The notes beneath the pieces are model-generated. The model worked only from the letters and a program-made list of their open reading frames with translations, had not been told where the DNA came from and did not search any database. Position numbers and translations under genes: made by a program. Below are positions 27,456 through 36,343 of a DNA stretch of 64,000 nt, piece by piece. This DNA is from Candidatus Hydrogenedentota bacterium (GTDB lineage: Bacteria > Hydrogenedentota > Hydrogenedentia > Hydrogenedentales > SLHB01): positions 64,001 to 128,000 of the forward strand of contig BTWA01000003.1 in the NCBI GenBank assembly GCA_045863295.1, read 5' to 3'. Within the stretch, counting starts at the first letter, position 1, and each line of letters starts with the position of its first letter.

Positions 27456-28373
27456 TCACGCCCGAATTAGGGCTTCCACCGCCCCGCGAGTAGGCATGGA
27501 AGGTTGCGCGCCATGGTGCGTAGCGGCCAATGCGCCCGCCGCATTGGCGAAACGCAACGCATCATGCACCGGCGTGTTACCCCATTGTAGCGCAAGCGCG
27601 GCCGTAAAGGCGTCGCCCGCGGCCACGGTATCCACGGCCTCCACCCGAAACGCGGGCACGTAACACTCGCCCTGCGACCCCAGATAAAATCCGCCCAACG
27701 CGCCAAGCTTCAGTACAACCTCATCAGCTCCCATCGCACGAAGCCGGGAGGCCGCCGCTCGTGCGGTGTCCACATCATGCACAACTATTCCGGTCATCGC
27801 CTCGGCTTCGGTCTCATTGGGAGACACAATCGATGCCAAGCCAATCAGTCGTTCGGATACCTGTTGCGCGGGCCCCGCATCAAGTATAGACAACACTTGC
27901 CTGCGGCGCGCCACCGTCAACACGGCCTCCACGGTTTCCAAACGGATCTCGAGCTGAATAAGCACGGCATCAATATGCTCGAATACCGGTTCCAGCTTCT
28001 CAATGTCGGCCGGCGTAATGCCGTAGTTCGCCGACGGAGTCACAACAATGCTGTTTTGTCCGTCGTCGCCAATGAGAATTACCGCCGTACCGGTAGGCTC
28101 CCAGCTATGCGTCTCCAAATACTCGAGGTGAATCCCTTCCGCCCCAAGCGTTTGCCGTTGCATAACGCCAAAGGCGTCGTTGCCCACGCAACCCGCAAAC
28201 CATGTGCGAGCGCCAAGGCGCGCGGCGGCCACCGCCTGGTTCGCGCCTTTGCCACCGGGAACCGTGGCGAACGCACTGCCTATCAGCGATTCCCCGGGTT
28301 TCGGACACCGCGGCACGCGCGTCACGAGATCGACGTTGGCGCTGCCCACAACCAGAATACTCGGATGGCCCAT
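27456..28373 (-). CDS. rbsK: Ribokinase (PfkB family)
   Basis: VVGSANVD, PGGKGANQAVAAARLG, PNETE and DTVAAGDAF motifs. Confidence 0.9.
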   Translation of the reverse strand: MGHPSILVVGSANVDLVTRVPRCPKPGESLIGSAFATVPGGKGANQAVAAARLGARTWFAGCVGNDAFGVMQRQTLGAEGIHLEYLETHSWEPTGTAVILIGDDGQNSIVVTPSANYGITPADIEKLEPVFEHIDAVLIQLEIRLETVEAVLTVARRRQVLSILDAGPAQQVSERLIGLASIVSPNETEAEAMTGIVVHDVDTARAAASRLRAMGADEVVLKLGALGGFYLGSQGECYVPAFRVEAVDTVAAGDAFTAALALQWGNTPVHDALRFANAAGALAATHHGAQPSMPTRGAVEALIRA

Positions 28374-28554
28374 CTCTCCACCTTTCGTCGTAACCATTTC
28401 CACGAAGCTCGCTCCGCAATTGAATAGACGGGTGTAACTGCCTCTTACGACGGGCCACTCCGTAGATTACGCAAAAACGTATACCCGGCAAACATGGCGG
28501 GACGATACCAACGGAAAAGTATAGCGCATTGCGAAAGCGCGAATCCCGGGGGCA

Positions 28555-31206
28555 TCAGGATTGCGGACGGCCCTTGGACCAATGCGCGGGCGGCGGAGTC
28601 GGCGCCGCTGGAGGTTCCTCAACGGGAATAGGACCAACTTCCGCAAACGGAATCCCATCCGCATCGACCGGACTCTTGTCGGCCAGTAGAGTGGGATCCT
28701 CCTCCACGGTCTCCAACTCAGGTATCGCTTCGACACGAATCAGCCTGGGCTGCATCGGATCGATGACCATGGGTAAGCGCACCCACTCGCCCTGGATCAA
28801 ATCCCGGCCTTCCAGCTCTCCCGTCGTGATATGCGCGCGGACCGGCTCTGTACGAAGGTTAACGACATAGAAATAACGCTGCCCATCCACTTCGCAATAC
28901 CGGCTCTTCACACCCGCCATGGGATACCCCTCAACATCCGTCACTCGAGGCACATCGGGCAAGCCTGACTCGCGAAACGACGCGTCCAGTAGCGCCAACG
29001 TCTCGCGCGCCCATTCGTGACTGCGAACAAACCGTGTCTTCTGCGTATGCGGCACCCCTTCCGTCCGGGCAGTGCCGTGCTCGTTGTAGGGAATCGGACG
29101 CCCCTGCCGTATCACGCACCCCCCATCCGCGATGTACTGCCGAATTGCTTGAAACGAAGCCTCCGGCAATGCCGGCGTTTCCGGAACGATCAACACATCG
29201 ATGTCACTTAAGTCACCGCCGGCGCATTGCATTTCGGTGATGTACCGCACGGCAAATCCGAAAAACGACGCCCCTTCGAACGCATCGCGGGCACTGGAAA
29301 GATACGCCTCGCCGCCACCGTACAACCGCGAAGCCCGGCTCCACAATATGGCCACCCGCGCAGGGTCACTCTGAAAGGCGCGAACAACCGGCGCAAGCCG
29401 GTTCAAATCCAAGTTGGCAATGGCGAATCCATGCATCCACTCCGGACGGGACAACAAACCTGTCACATCCGGCTCAGGAGAAGTAAACGGTGCCGCCATC
29501 GCGCTCAGTCCAGTCATGGCTTGTTCCCAGACCAGCGTGTGCACGTAACGATACCCATCCTCGCCGCGCGGCGACGATTCGGATAGAAACCGGTTGTCCA
29601 GATTCAACAACGGATTTCCACCCGATAGCGACCGGATCAACGTGTAGTTGGCAAGCACGTTCGTGTACGGGATGGCGTAGGGTCCTTGCAGCAGCGGATT
29701 GAGGTTCACAATGCCGCCCAACTCGAACATGCGCGCGACAATATCCCGGTCAACACCCAAACGCGCATCGTCGGGATCAAACGCATTGGGCGTTACCGAC
29801 ACAAGCAAAGGCAACCGATCGTTCTGCTGGCGGAATGCAGACTGCATCAATTCGATATACCGGGTGCCAAGGGTGTTGTGATACGTCAGCAAGTCAAACT
29901 GATACGCCGGATGCTTGCGATCCCAACGCATATCAATTTGTTCAAACGCGCGATAGCGGGAACGCCATACGCGATTGACTTCATCCAGATCCTTGTAGGC
30001 CGCGCGGGTCGTCGCAACAAACCCATCACGGACCGCATCGCCTTCCAAACGGAAAGCTGGCATATGCGCCACGGATACGCCCGCCGCGGCTGGCTCGCTT
30101 TCAAGGAGCGCACCCAAAGTACCCAACGCGGCACGATACCGCTCCGCCGTCTCCGGCACAATAGATCGCGGTTCGTCCACATACCCCGTCGTGACCGCAT
30201 CGCCCGATGGAATGAGATACCACGTCAGCACAACGCCCGCGGCTTTCGCTTGCGTATTGATGGCCGCTATCGACGCCCTGCCCGACTCAGTCGATACGTC
30301 AGCCGGGTTCACACCCACACTGCCGTAGTTCAAACGGTACCGTTCAAGGATGCGAAGACTCGAAGCCGCGGTATCTATCGTCGGTATGGCAGCTCCCATC
30401 AACATCACCGGCTTCCGGAGATCGGCCAGGCCGCCCCCCTCCGGCAAGGCCAACGCAACGGCAGGTGACAGTTCGGCATCGCCACGCTCCGGAGATGCCG
30501 TCGCAAACGTCAAATCCACGCGCGCGGAACGGGAAACGCCCATGATATAAGTAGCCACATCTATCGCCAGACGCCAGTCCCCGCCCGCATAGGCCTCCAG
30601 CGCGACCTTCATGTAGTCTTCCGCAATCGCGACATTCGTGCGAACATACGGCGGTATCGCATCGGCGTCCAGACGCGCCAAGTGCGCTTTCAAACCCGCG
30701 ATTTCCGCGTCCACAGCCGCGAAAAGGTCGTTCAGTTGCACGGTGGACAATTTTCGAATCTCGAAACTCTGACTCGGCGCCAGTGGGTGTGGCGCACCGG
30801 TCACTTCGACCAGCGCCGTGTAGTCGCCGTCCGGAAGCGCAGCGGGATCCCACGTAAACCGGCAATGATTGAGTCCTTCCGCCAACGACATGGCCACACG
30901 ACCCGTATGCTGCACTTGACCGGCGGCATCCCGAACCGTAAGAACAACCGCCGCCGTATCCACCGCCTCCTTGGTGTCGACATCGCATTCCAGCAAAAGC
31001 TCGGCCGGAAGTGACGTGTAGGAAGGGTAACGCAACTGCAGCAGCGCTTGACGTGCCGGATGAGAGGAAATCGGCGAAATCCATATGCCCACGGAACCAC
31101 GCGATGCGGCTGACGCATCGGCCGCGGACGCCATGACCGACTGACCACCCAAGCCCAAGACCACACAGAAGATTAAATACGAGGCGACGGCGCGGATAAA
31201 CCCCAT
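28555..31206 (-). CDS. Secreted GH42/beta-galactosidase-like protein with trimerisation-like domain, possibly catalytically degenerate
   Basis: Signal peptide, Y.DL.EVN.VW motif, and a VAILWS..S...G...RYITE...DVLIVP class I glutamine-amidotransferase-like trimerisation segment. Confidence 0.5.
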   Translation of the reverse strand: MGFIRAVASYLIFCVVLGLGGQSVMASAADASAASRGSVGIWISPISSHPARQALLQLRYPSYTSLPAELLLECDVDTKEAVDTAAVVLTVRDAAGQVQHTGRVAMSLAEGLNHCRFTWDPAALPDGDYTALVEVTGAPHPLAPSQSFEIRKLSTVQLNDLFAAVDAEIAGLKAHLARLDADAIPPYVRTNVAIAEDYMKVALEAYAGGDWRLAIDVATYIMGVSRSARVDLTFATASPERGDAELSPAVALALPEGGGLADLRKPVMLMGAAIPTIDTAASSLRILERYRLNYGSVGVNPADVSTESGRASIAAINTQAKAAGVVLTWYLIPSGDAVTTGYVDEPRSIVPETAERYRAALGTLGALLESEPAAAGVSVAHMPAFRLEGDAVRDGFVATTRAAYKDLDEVNRVWRSRYRAFEQIDMRWDRKHPAYQFDLLTYHNTLGTRYIELMQSAFRQQNDRLPLLVSVTPNAFDPDDARLGVDRDIVARMFELGGIVNLNPLLQGPYAIPYTNVLANYTLIRSLSGGNPLLNLDNRFLSESSPRGEDGYRYVHTLVWEQAMTGLSAMAAPFTSPEPDVTGLLSRPEWMHGFAIANLDLNRLAPVVRAFQSDPARVAILWSRASRLYGGGEAYLSSARDAFEGASFFGFAVRYITEMQCAGGDLSDIDVLIVPETPALPEASFQAIRQYIADGGCVIRQGRPIPYNEHGTARTEGVPHTQKTRFVRSHEWARETLALLDASFRESGLPDVPRVTDVEGYPMAGVKSRYCEVDGQRYFYVVNLRTEPVRAHITTGELEGRDLIQGEWVRLPMVIDPMQPRLIRVEAIPELETVEEDPTLLADKSPVDADGIPFAEVGPIPVEEPPAAPTPPPAHWSKGRPQS

Positions 31207-31466
31207 GTGCAAATCCTTGTTGGCTCGCGAAAATAAGCAACGGCAGCCTGCCGAAGAGGCACAGGCCGCCCGCATTGTAAGTGGATGTTAAAAACCATTC
31301 AAAGCACTAACGTTCCAAACCCGCCGAGGGGTGACATTCCGAAATCCGTACCCTGGCCAACTTGCCTTTCCAGAAACCTGAACGATAAATACGCAGTCTC
31401 TCAGTGAAGGCCTAAGCGTGAACAAAATAACACACGAACCAGCCTTGGTATCTCTATCTCCTTTAT

Positions 31467-31482
31467 CTACAACATGTTGTAG
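31467..31482. promoter_or_regulatory. Perfect 16-bp palindrome (candidate operator)
   Basis: CTACAACATGTTGTAG in a divergent intergenic region. Confidence 0.35.
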
Positions 31483-31755
31483 TCAAGTTTCCGGCAATAC
31501 CCGTGATAAATCATCCGGTATAGGGTAGAATCGTAGGAGATCCGCCGACCCGATATTTCGGTTTTGCTGGCAACAAACCGGGAACTTTTACCCCGGGTCG
31601 AGGATACAGAAACAGGATGGGGTACCCTGAAGTGGGGCCAATGCGGCCGTCAAAGGATGGCGGGAGACCATCAAGTAGAATGCCGCAAATGAACGAAATA
31701 CTGGATAGAGATTGGGGTACCCCACAAGATACAGTAGGAAGTTATCGGTTTAATG

Positions 31756-31784
31756 TTGACATTACGTCAAAAATTTCTTACAGT
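31756..31784 (+). promoter_or_regulatory. Sigma70 promoter of the secretin operon with an overlapping inverted repeat
   Basis: TTGACA-17 nt-TACAGT; TTGAC-N5-GTCAA covers the -35 element. Confidence 0.6.
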
Positions 31785-31879
31785 TGTCTTTGAAGAATTC
31801 CGCGATTGTGGATTCCTCTCGCATCCCGTTTGCTCGGGCAAACATCGCAGGGGGTTCCACCAGGAGAGGAAGTTCTCAG

Positions 31880-32287
31880 ATGATTCCTAGACGCCAAGTA
31901 GCTGTGGGGGCAATGGGCGTGTTTGTCGTTGCCCTCTTCGCCAGCACCGCCGTTGCGCTGGCCATCCCCAAAGATCAGCTGGATGCGAAAAAGGTCTACT
32001 ATGGGCAAGCGACCGCATTCGAAAAACCAGCAGAAATTCGATACGACGATATCGTCAAAGCCACCCCGGAATACAAGGAAATCAAGGAAAAAAAGATCGA
32101 ACGTGGCACCGGGAAATACTGGCTACTGATGAGCCAAGCCAGCGACAGAGCGGTAAAGGCAATCGCCACGGTGGGAAAAGACAGCGAATACGACCTCATT
32201 GCGGCTTCAGGGTACCTGGGCAAACTTGAACCCGCCATCACTGCCACAGACATCACCGAGTTGGTCCTGGAGGCCATCAAAGGGTAG
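31880..32287 (+). CDS. Small exported protein, OmpH/Skp-like with shortened coiled coil
   Basis: AGGAG RBS, signal peptide, I.YDDIVKATPEY, AI..VG...YDLI and C-terminal DITELVL reminiscent of Skp. Confidence 0.55.
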   Translation: MIPRRQVAVGAMGVFVVALFASTAVALAIPKDQLDAKKVYYGQATAFEKPAEIRYDDIVKATPEYKEIKEKKIERGTGKYWLLMSQASDRAVKAIATVGKDSEYDLIAASGYLGKLEPAITATDITELVLEAIKG

Positions 32288-32363
32288 CATACCGTGCCCT
32301 GCCCGGGAGCAGTCACAGGGCCATGAACGGAGTCACCTACGGAATGAACGGGGGCGGACCATT

Positions 32364-33329
32364 GTGCGATTTTGGCTTAGCGTTACTTTAGTCACAGCGC
32401 TATGGGCTGGTTGTGCCGCCCCCCGATCAACCTCGCCAAGCGCTAACCTTCCCAATCCGTCCAACCGAATGTCGGCAAACCGGACAGCGGAAAGGGAAGT
32501 GGAAAGTGCCAAACAATATCTGGATTCCGGCGAATACAGCCTCGCCATTCCCAGATTCATCCATCTGATCGGAAAATATCCAAATACGCCCGCCTCGACC
32601 GAGGCGCGCTATTGGCTCGGAGTTACCTACAGCAAAGTAAAAAGCTATCAAGACGCCATGCTCATGCTGAAGGAATACCTGGAAATGGCGCCAGAGGGAA
32701 AATTCGCCGCCGAAGGCTCGGCGTTGCTGAATGAACTCTCCGAAGAATACCAGTCGAAATTCTGGACCACGGAAAAATTCGAAAATCGAGCGAACGAACT
32801 GAAACAACAACTGGCAAGCAATCCGAAAAACCTGACCGTCCAATTGGAATTAGCCGATCTGTACTGGAAACGCGGAGATTACGAAAATTCCGGCCGACTG
32901 TACGTGGAGATTGTGGAAGATCATCCCGAATACTTGAAGGACGCAACCATCGTCACTCGCATCGAACCCTTGCCCACCGGCGAATACGTGGTCTTGACCC
33001 CCGCGGAAATTCAACGTCGGGCCTACGAAGACATGCCCCTTCAGGTGTTCAACGAAACCGCGTTTAAATCCGGCGAGGATTTATTGACGCGCAGGCCCCG
33101 GTACTATGTGGTTACCGGTCAATGCGTGAACCGTGGAGACAGTGTCCTGTACGGCGTTCAAATCAATTGCAGTATCTATGGATTTGGCAGTGTGGTACTC
33201 GATACAAGCACCATCAATATCGGGCGCCTCGCACCCGGAGAGATCCGCGCGTTTAGCGTTCGGTTCAGCAACTTTCCAAATATCGACGACATACACCGCC
33301 ACGAGTGCGTGGGGGTATTCGAACGATGA
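32364..33329 (+). CDS. TPR lipoprotein (BamD/YbgF-like) with C-terminal Ig-like (FxLYD-like) domain
   Basis: Lipobox LWAG-C; TPR helices (KYPNTP...EARYWLG); C-terminal V.GQCVNRG...LAPGEIRAFSV. Confidence 0.7.
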   Translation: MRFWLSVTLVTALWAGCAAPRSTSPSANLPNPSNRMSANRTAEREVESAKQYLDSGEYSLAIPRFIHLIGKYPNTPASTEARYWLGVTYSKVKSYQDAMLMLKEYLEMAPEGKFAAEGSALLNELSEEYQSKFWTTEKFENRANELKQQLASNPKNLTVQLELADLYWKRGDYENSGRLYVEIVEDHPEYLKDATIVTRIEPLPTGEYVVLTPAEIQRRAYEDMPLQVFNETAFKSGEDLLTRRPRYYVVTGQCVNRGDSVLYGVQINCSIYGFGSVVLDTSTINIGRLAPGEIRAFSVRFSNFPNIDDIHRHECVGVFER

Positions 33330-34540
33330 AGTATCCAAATCGCATAGTCGTCCGATGGACGTTGCGCGGCGCCATGGCCATGGCGGCATGCATGACACCC
33401 TGTATGGTCTGGGCACAGGCGCCAGCCGAACCGCCGCCCCTTACGGCCCCGACCGTAATGCTCATGCCCACCCTCCAGGAGGGCACGCCGCAACAAGTCA
33501 GCGTCTCCGTAAAGGTCGTTGAGTTTCAGGCCACCAAGGGCGTGGAAACAGGCTTCAGCGCCTACTTCGCGCGACGCAACAAAACCCGCCCCTGGGGGCG
33601 CGTCTCCAGCGGAAACGGCGCCATTACAACCGCCGATCTATCCTTTCCCATGGATGCCGAAGCAGCGATTACGGTTTTCCTCGACAAGATCCGCATGTCG
33701 GAAGGCGATCTGGAGTTCGTGCTGCAGGCGCTAGCAAACGAGAACAAGGCCTTCATTCTCTCCCAACCCAAACAACTCGTGCGAGTACGCTCGGCCATGC
33801 CAAGCGTTATCAAAACAGTTCAGGAAAACCCCTATGAACAGCCAGTGGTCGTAGGCCAGACCATTATCGGCACGACCGCATTCCGCAACACCGGCGTTAC
33901 CCTCGAAGTATTCGCACCCGATGTGATCGATGACGACCTGGATTGGAATACCACGGAAGATACCTATGTCCGGCTCGTGTTGCGCGCCTCGGTGAATGAA
34001 CTGGGTGAAAACCTTATCATCGCCGTGGATGACCGCATTATCGGCGCGGACCAGATCAGCGCCCCCTCCTTCGTCTCACGCAGCATCGAAACGGAAGTCT
34101 GGGTGCGCAACGGACAAGTGTTGATACTCGGCGGACTCTACCGCAACCGAAAAATCAAACAAGGCGAAACCGTGCCATGGTTGGCCCAGGCGGAAGACCT
34201 CGCGGTCGGCGTGGCCGAACGCCTGATCCCTGGCAATCTGATCGGCTCGCCGCTCACATCCACCATCGGCGCACGAGCGTCGGAAGAACAACGGCGCGAA
34301 CTCGTATTCTTCATCAAAGCGGAAATCTGGCGGCCCTCCTTCACCGTGGCCGACGAAATGGGCTTTGACGACGACGAGAAGGAAGAAGAAAAGGAAGGCA
34401 AACGGCCAACCGATGTGATTGGAGAAGTCATCGAAGGTGTCGGGCAAATCCCCAAAGGTATCGCGGAAGGCATCGCCGGCGACGCGCGGCCCGGACCTAC
34501 GAAAGTCGAACAGGACTTGAGCGGGGAGGGATTGCGATGA
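33326..34540 (+). CDS. Secretin-family protein (type II/III secretion C-domain only)
   Basis: Signal peptide followed directly by QVSVSVKVVE, ILSQP, FRNTGVTLEV.P, NGQVLILGGL, VPWL and RELVFFIKAEI. Confidence 0.8.
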   Translation: MKYPNRIVVRWTLRGAMAMAACMTPCMVWAQAPAEPPPLTAPTVMLMPTLQEGTPQQVSVSVKVVEFQATKGVETGFSAYFARRNKTRPWGRVSSGNGAITTADLSFPMDAEAAITVFLDKIRMSEGDLEFVLQALANENKAFILSQPKQLVRVRSAMPSVIKTVQENPYEQPVVVGQTIIGTTAFRNTGVTLEVFAPDVIDDDLDWNTTEDTYVRLVLRASVNELGENLIIAVDDRIIGADQISAPSFVSRSIETEVWVRNGQVLILGGLYRNRKIKQGETVPWLAQAEDLAVGVAERLIPGNLIGSPLTSTIGARASEEQRRELVFFIKAEIWRPSFTVADEMGFDDDEKEEEKEGKRPTDVIGEVIEGVGQIPKGIAEGIAGDARPGPTKVEQDLSGEGLR

Positions 34541-35694
34541 ACTGCATCCGCACTTCAATCGCCTCCCTGTGCATATTCGCGGCATGTTGGCTGGCCACGG
34601 CACAAGACCCGGCCCCAGCACCACCCCCTGCCGACCCCGCCGCAGCCGCAGCACCGCCACCTGCGGAAGCGCCACCGCCCCCACCTCCACCGCCGCCGCA
34701 GCCATTGGACATCCCAATACGGCAGGTGCAGATTCAAGTATGGATTAGTCAAACCGACGAAGATGGACTGCGCGAGATCGGGTCCAATCTCAATTATGTC
34801 CGCCGTGTCCGCGACGATGAAACCGGAGCCGCGGTCGAACGTGTGCGAACCAACACCTTTGACCCGACCAGCGGACCGTTTACCACCGTACTGCCAGCGC
34901 CCGATGGCGGACCGTACAGGGACAACGTGCGCCTGACGCCGGAATCCAACACCCCTTGGACTCCGGGCAACATCCTGCTGACCGACCCAAACAATCCCGA
35001 AGAGTTCTTCGTGGACACGCGCGCAGGCGCCGGATTGACCTATTCGATCATCGACGACGACCGTGGAACCATTGAAGGACTTATTCGGGCAATCGAATCG
35101 AAAACCGATTCCGATCTTATTTCGAAACCGTCCTTGCTCGTTGTCGATAAAGCAAAGGCCACCATTAAGACTGGCGACGAAATCCCTTATCAAAACGTCG
35201 AGTACAAAAACGGCCAACCTGTACTGGGAATCACCTGGAAACCCATCGGCGTGAATATACAATTGATGCCGCAAATCCTCGGCGAAGGCCTGATCGCCAT
35301 TGACATCACGCAGCTTGAAGTCATCGACCGGCTGCGCGACACACCCATTCAAGGCCTGCAAGTGCCCATCTTCTCCACCCGCTCCCAAAGCGGCTCCGTA
35401 TTGATTCCGAACGGAGAAAGCCTCGTCATCGGTGGTCTTTCCAGCCGCGTTGTGCGCTCCGCTGAAAGACGCGTGCCGATCGTAGGCAAATTGCCCTTTG
35501 TCGGCGCACCATTCCGCGGACGCCGCAACGAAGCCCTCAATTCACATCTACTCGTGTTCATCATGCCAACCGAAGTAAACCTCCGAGACACAAACGAAAC
35601 CATGCAGGGGGCACTGGACTTCTGGCGCGAGACCGAATGGCGCAACCGTGAACGGATCGAAGAAGAAATCCAATACATGGAAGATTCACTGTAA
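34537..35694 (+). CDS. Second secretin-family protein (C-domain only, Pro-rich linker)
   Basis: Signal peptide and poly-Pro, then QVQIQVWI, LISKP, GDEIPY, GESLVIGGL, VPIVGKLPFVG..FR and LLVFIMP. Confidence 0.85.
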   Translation: MNCIRTSIASLCIFAACWLATAQDPAPAPPPADPAAAAAPPPAEAPPPPPPPPPQPLDIPIRQVQIQVWISQTDEDGLREIGSNLNYVRRVRDDETGAAVERVRTNTFDPTSGPFTTVLPAPDGGPYRDNVRLTPESNTPWTPGNILLTDPNNPEEFFVDTRAGAGLTYSIIDDDRGTIEGLIRAIESKTDSDLISKPSLLVVDKAKATIKTGDEIPYQNVEYKNGQPVLGITWKPIGVNIQLMPQILGEGLIAIDITQLEVIDRLRDTPIQGLQVPIFSTRSQSGSVLIPNGESLVIGGLSSRVVRSAERRVPIVGKLPFVGAPFRGRRNEALNSHLLVFIMPTEVNLRDTNETMQGALDFWRETEWRNRERIEEEIQYMEDSL

Positions 35695-36125
35695 CGGCCG
35701 ATCGCCAAACAGAATGCCTGATCCCTCAAAAGGGTGTACTGTTCCACGGACTGATTTCGCATAAACTTGCCATGGATATGGATTGGTTTCGCGCGTGCGT
35801 CCAATAAGCAAAAAACAACCGGTCACGGTCATGGAGAGAGTCAAGGCCATATAGAGGGTCTGCCCGCCTTTGCTTGTTTTTCGCCCACGGGACGGTGATA
35901 AGTGCCTTGGGCAGTTGGAAAACGCCATTGGCATTCATAAGCGTGGCTTGAGTACTAGCCTAGTGTGGAAGCCCCCAACGCGACAGCGTCGCCACGCCTT
36001 AAATGCAACATCCTTTTTCCGCTCCCCGCCACCCTCATACCCGACAATTCAATAATTAACCCTTGTTTTGTAAAAATACGATGATCAGGTGGCGTAGCGC
36101 CGCCACCATACCCCAAATCGCTATA

Positions 36126-36176
36126 TGGAATGCGCTGGCAGAAGCCGCCTCAAAGCGGCTGGCGACGGCGCCTTGG
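36126..36176. repeat. REP-like palindromic element
   Basis: TGGAATGCGCTGGCAG-AAGCCGC/GCGGCT-GGCGACGGCGCCTTGG nested hairpin; single copy in this window. Confidence 0.4.
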
Positions 36177-36343
36177 CTCGGTGGACGTGATCGCGGGCGA
36201 GGAGGTTAAGCGATTGCGCGGACCAAAACGGGTGAGCACTGAGTTTTTGCCCAGGCCGACGCGAACGGCGTTTCCCGTTTTCCGGGTGGCGGCGACTATG
36301 GAGTACCCATTAAGGAAAGGGTCGTTTGGAGACACTGAAGGCC

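Noticed and set aside
31598..31742. tmRNA, 6S RNA or c-di-GMP/c-di-AMP riboswitch
   Set aside because: Too short and lacks a tRNA-like TTCGA/CCA end or tag ORF. The diagnostic riboswitch motifs were not found by eye.
35686..36055. Short ORFs in the spacer after the secretins
   Set aside because: No convincing RBS or motif, and they overlap each other in several frames.
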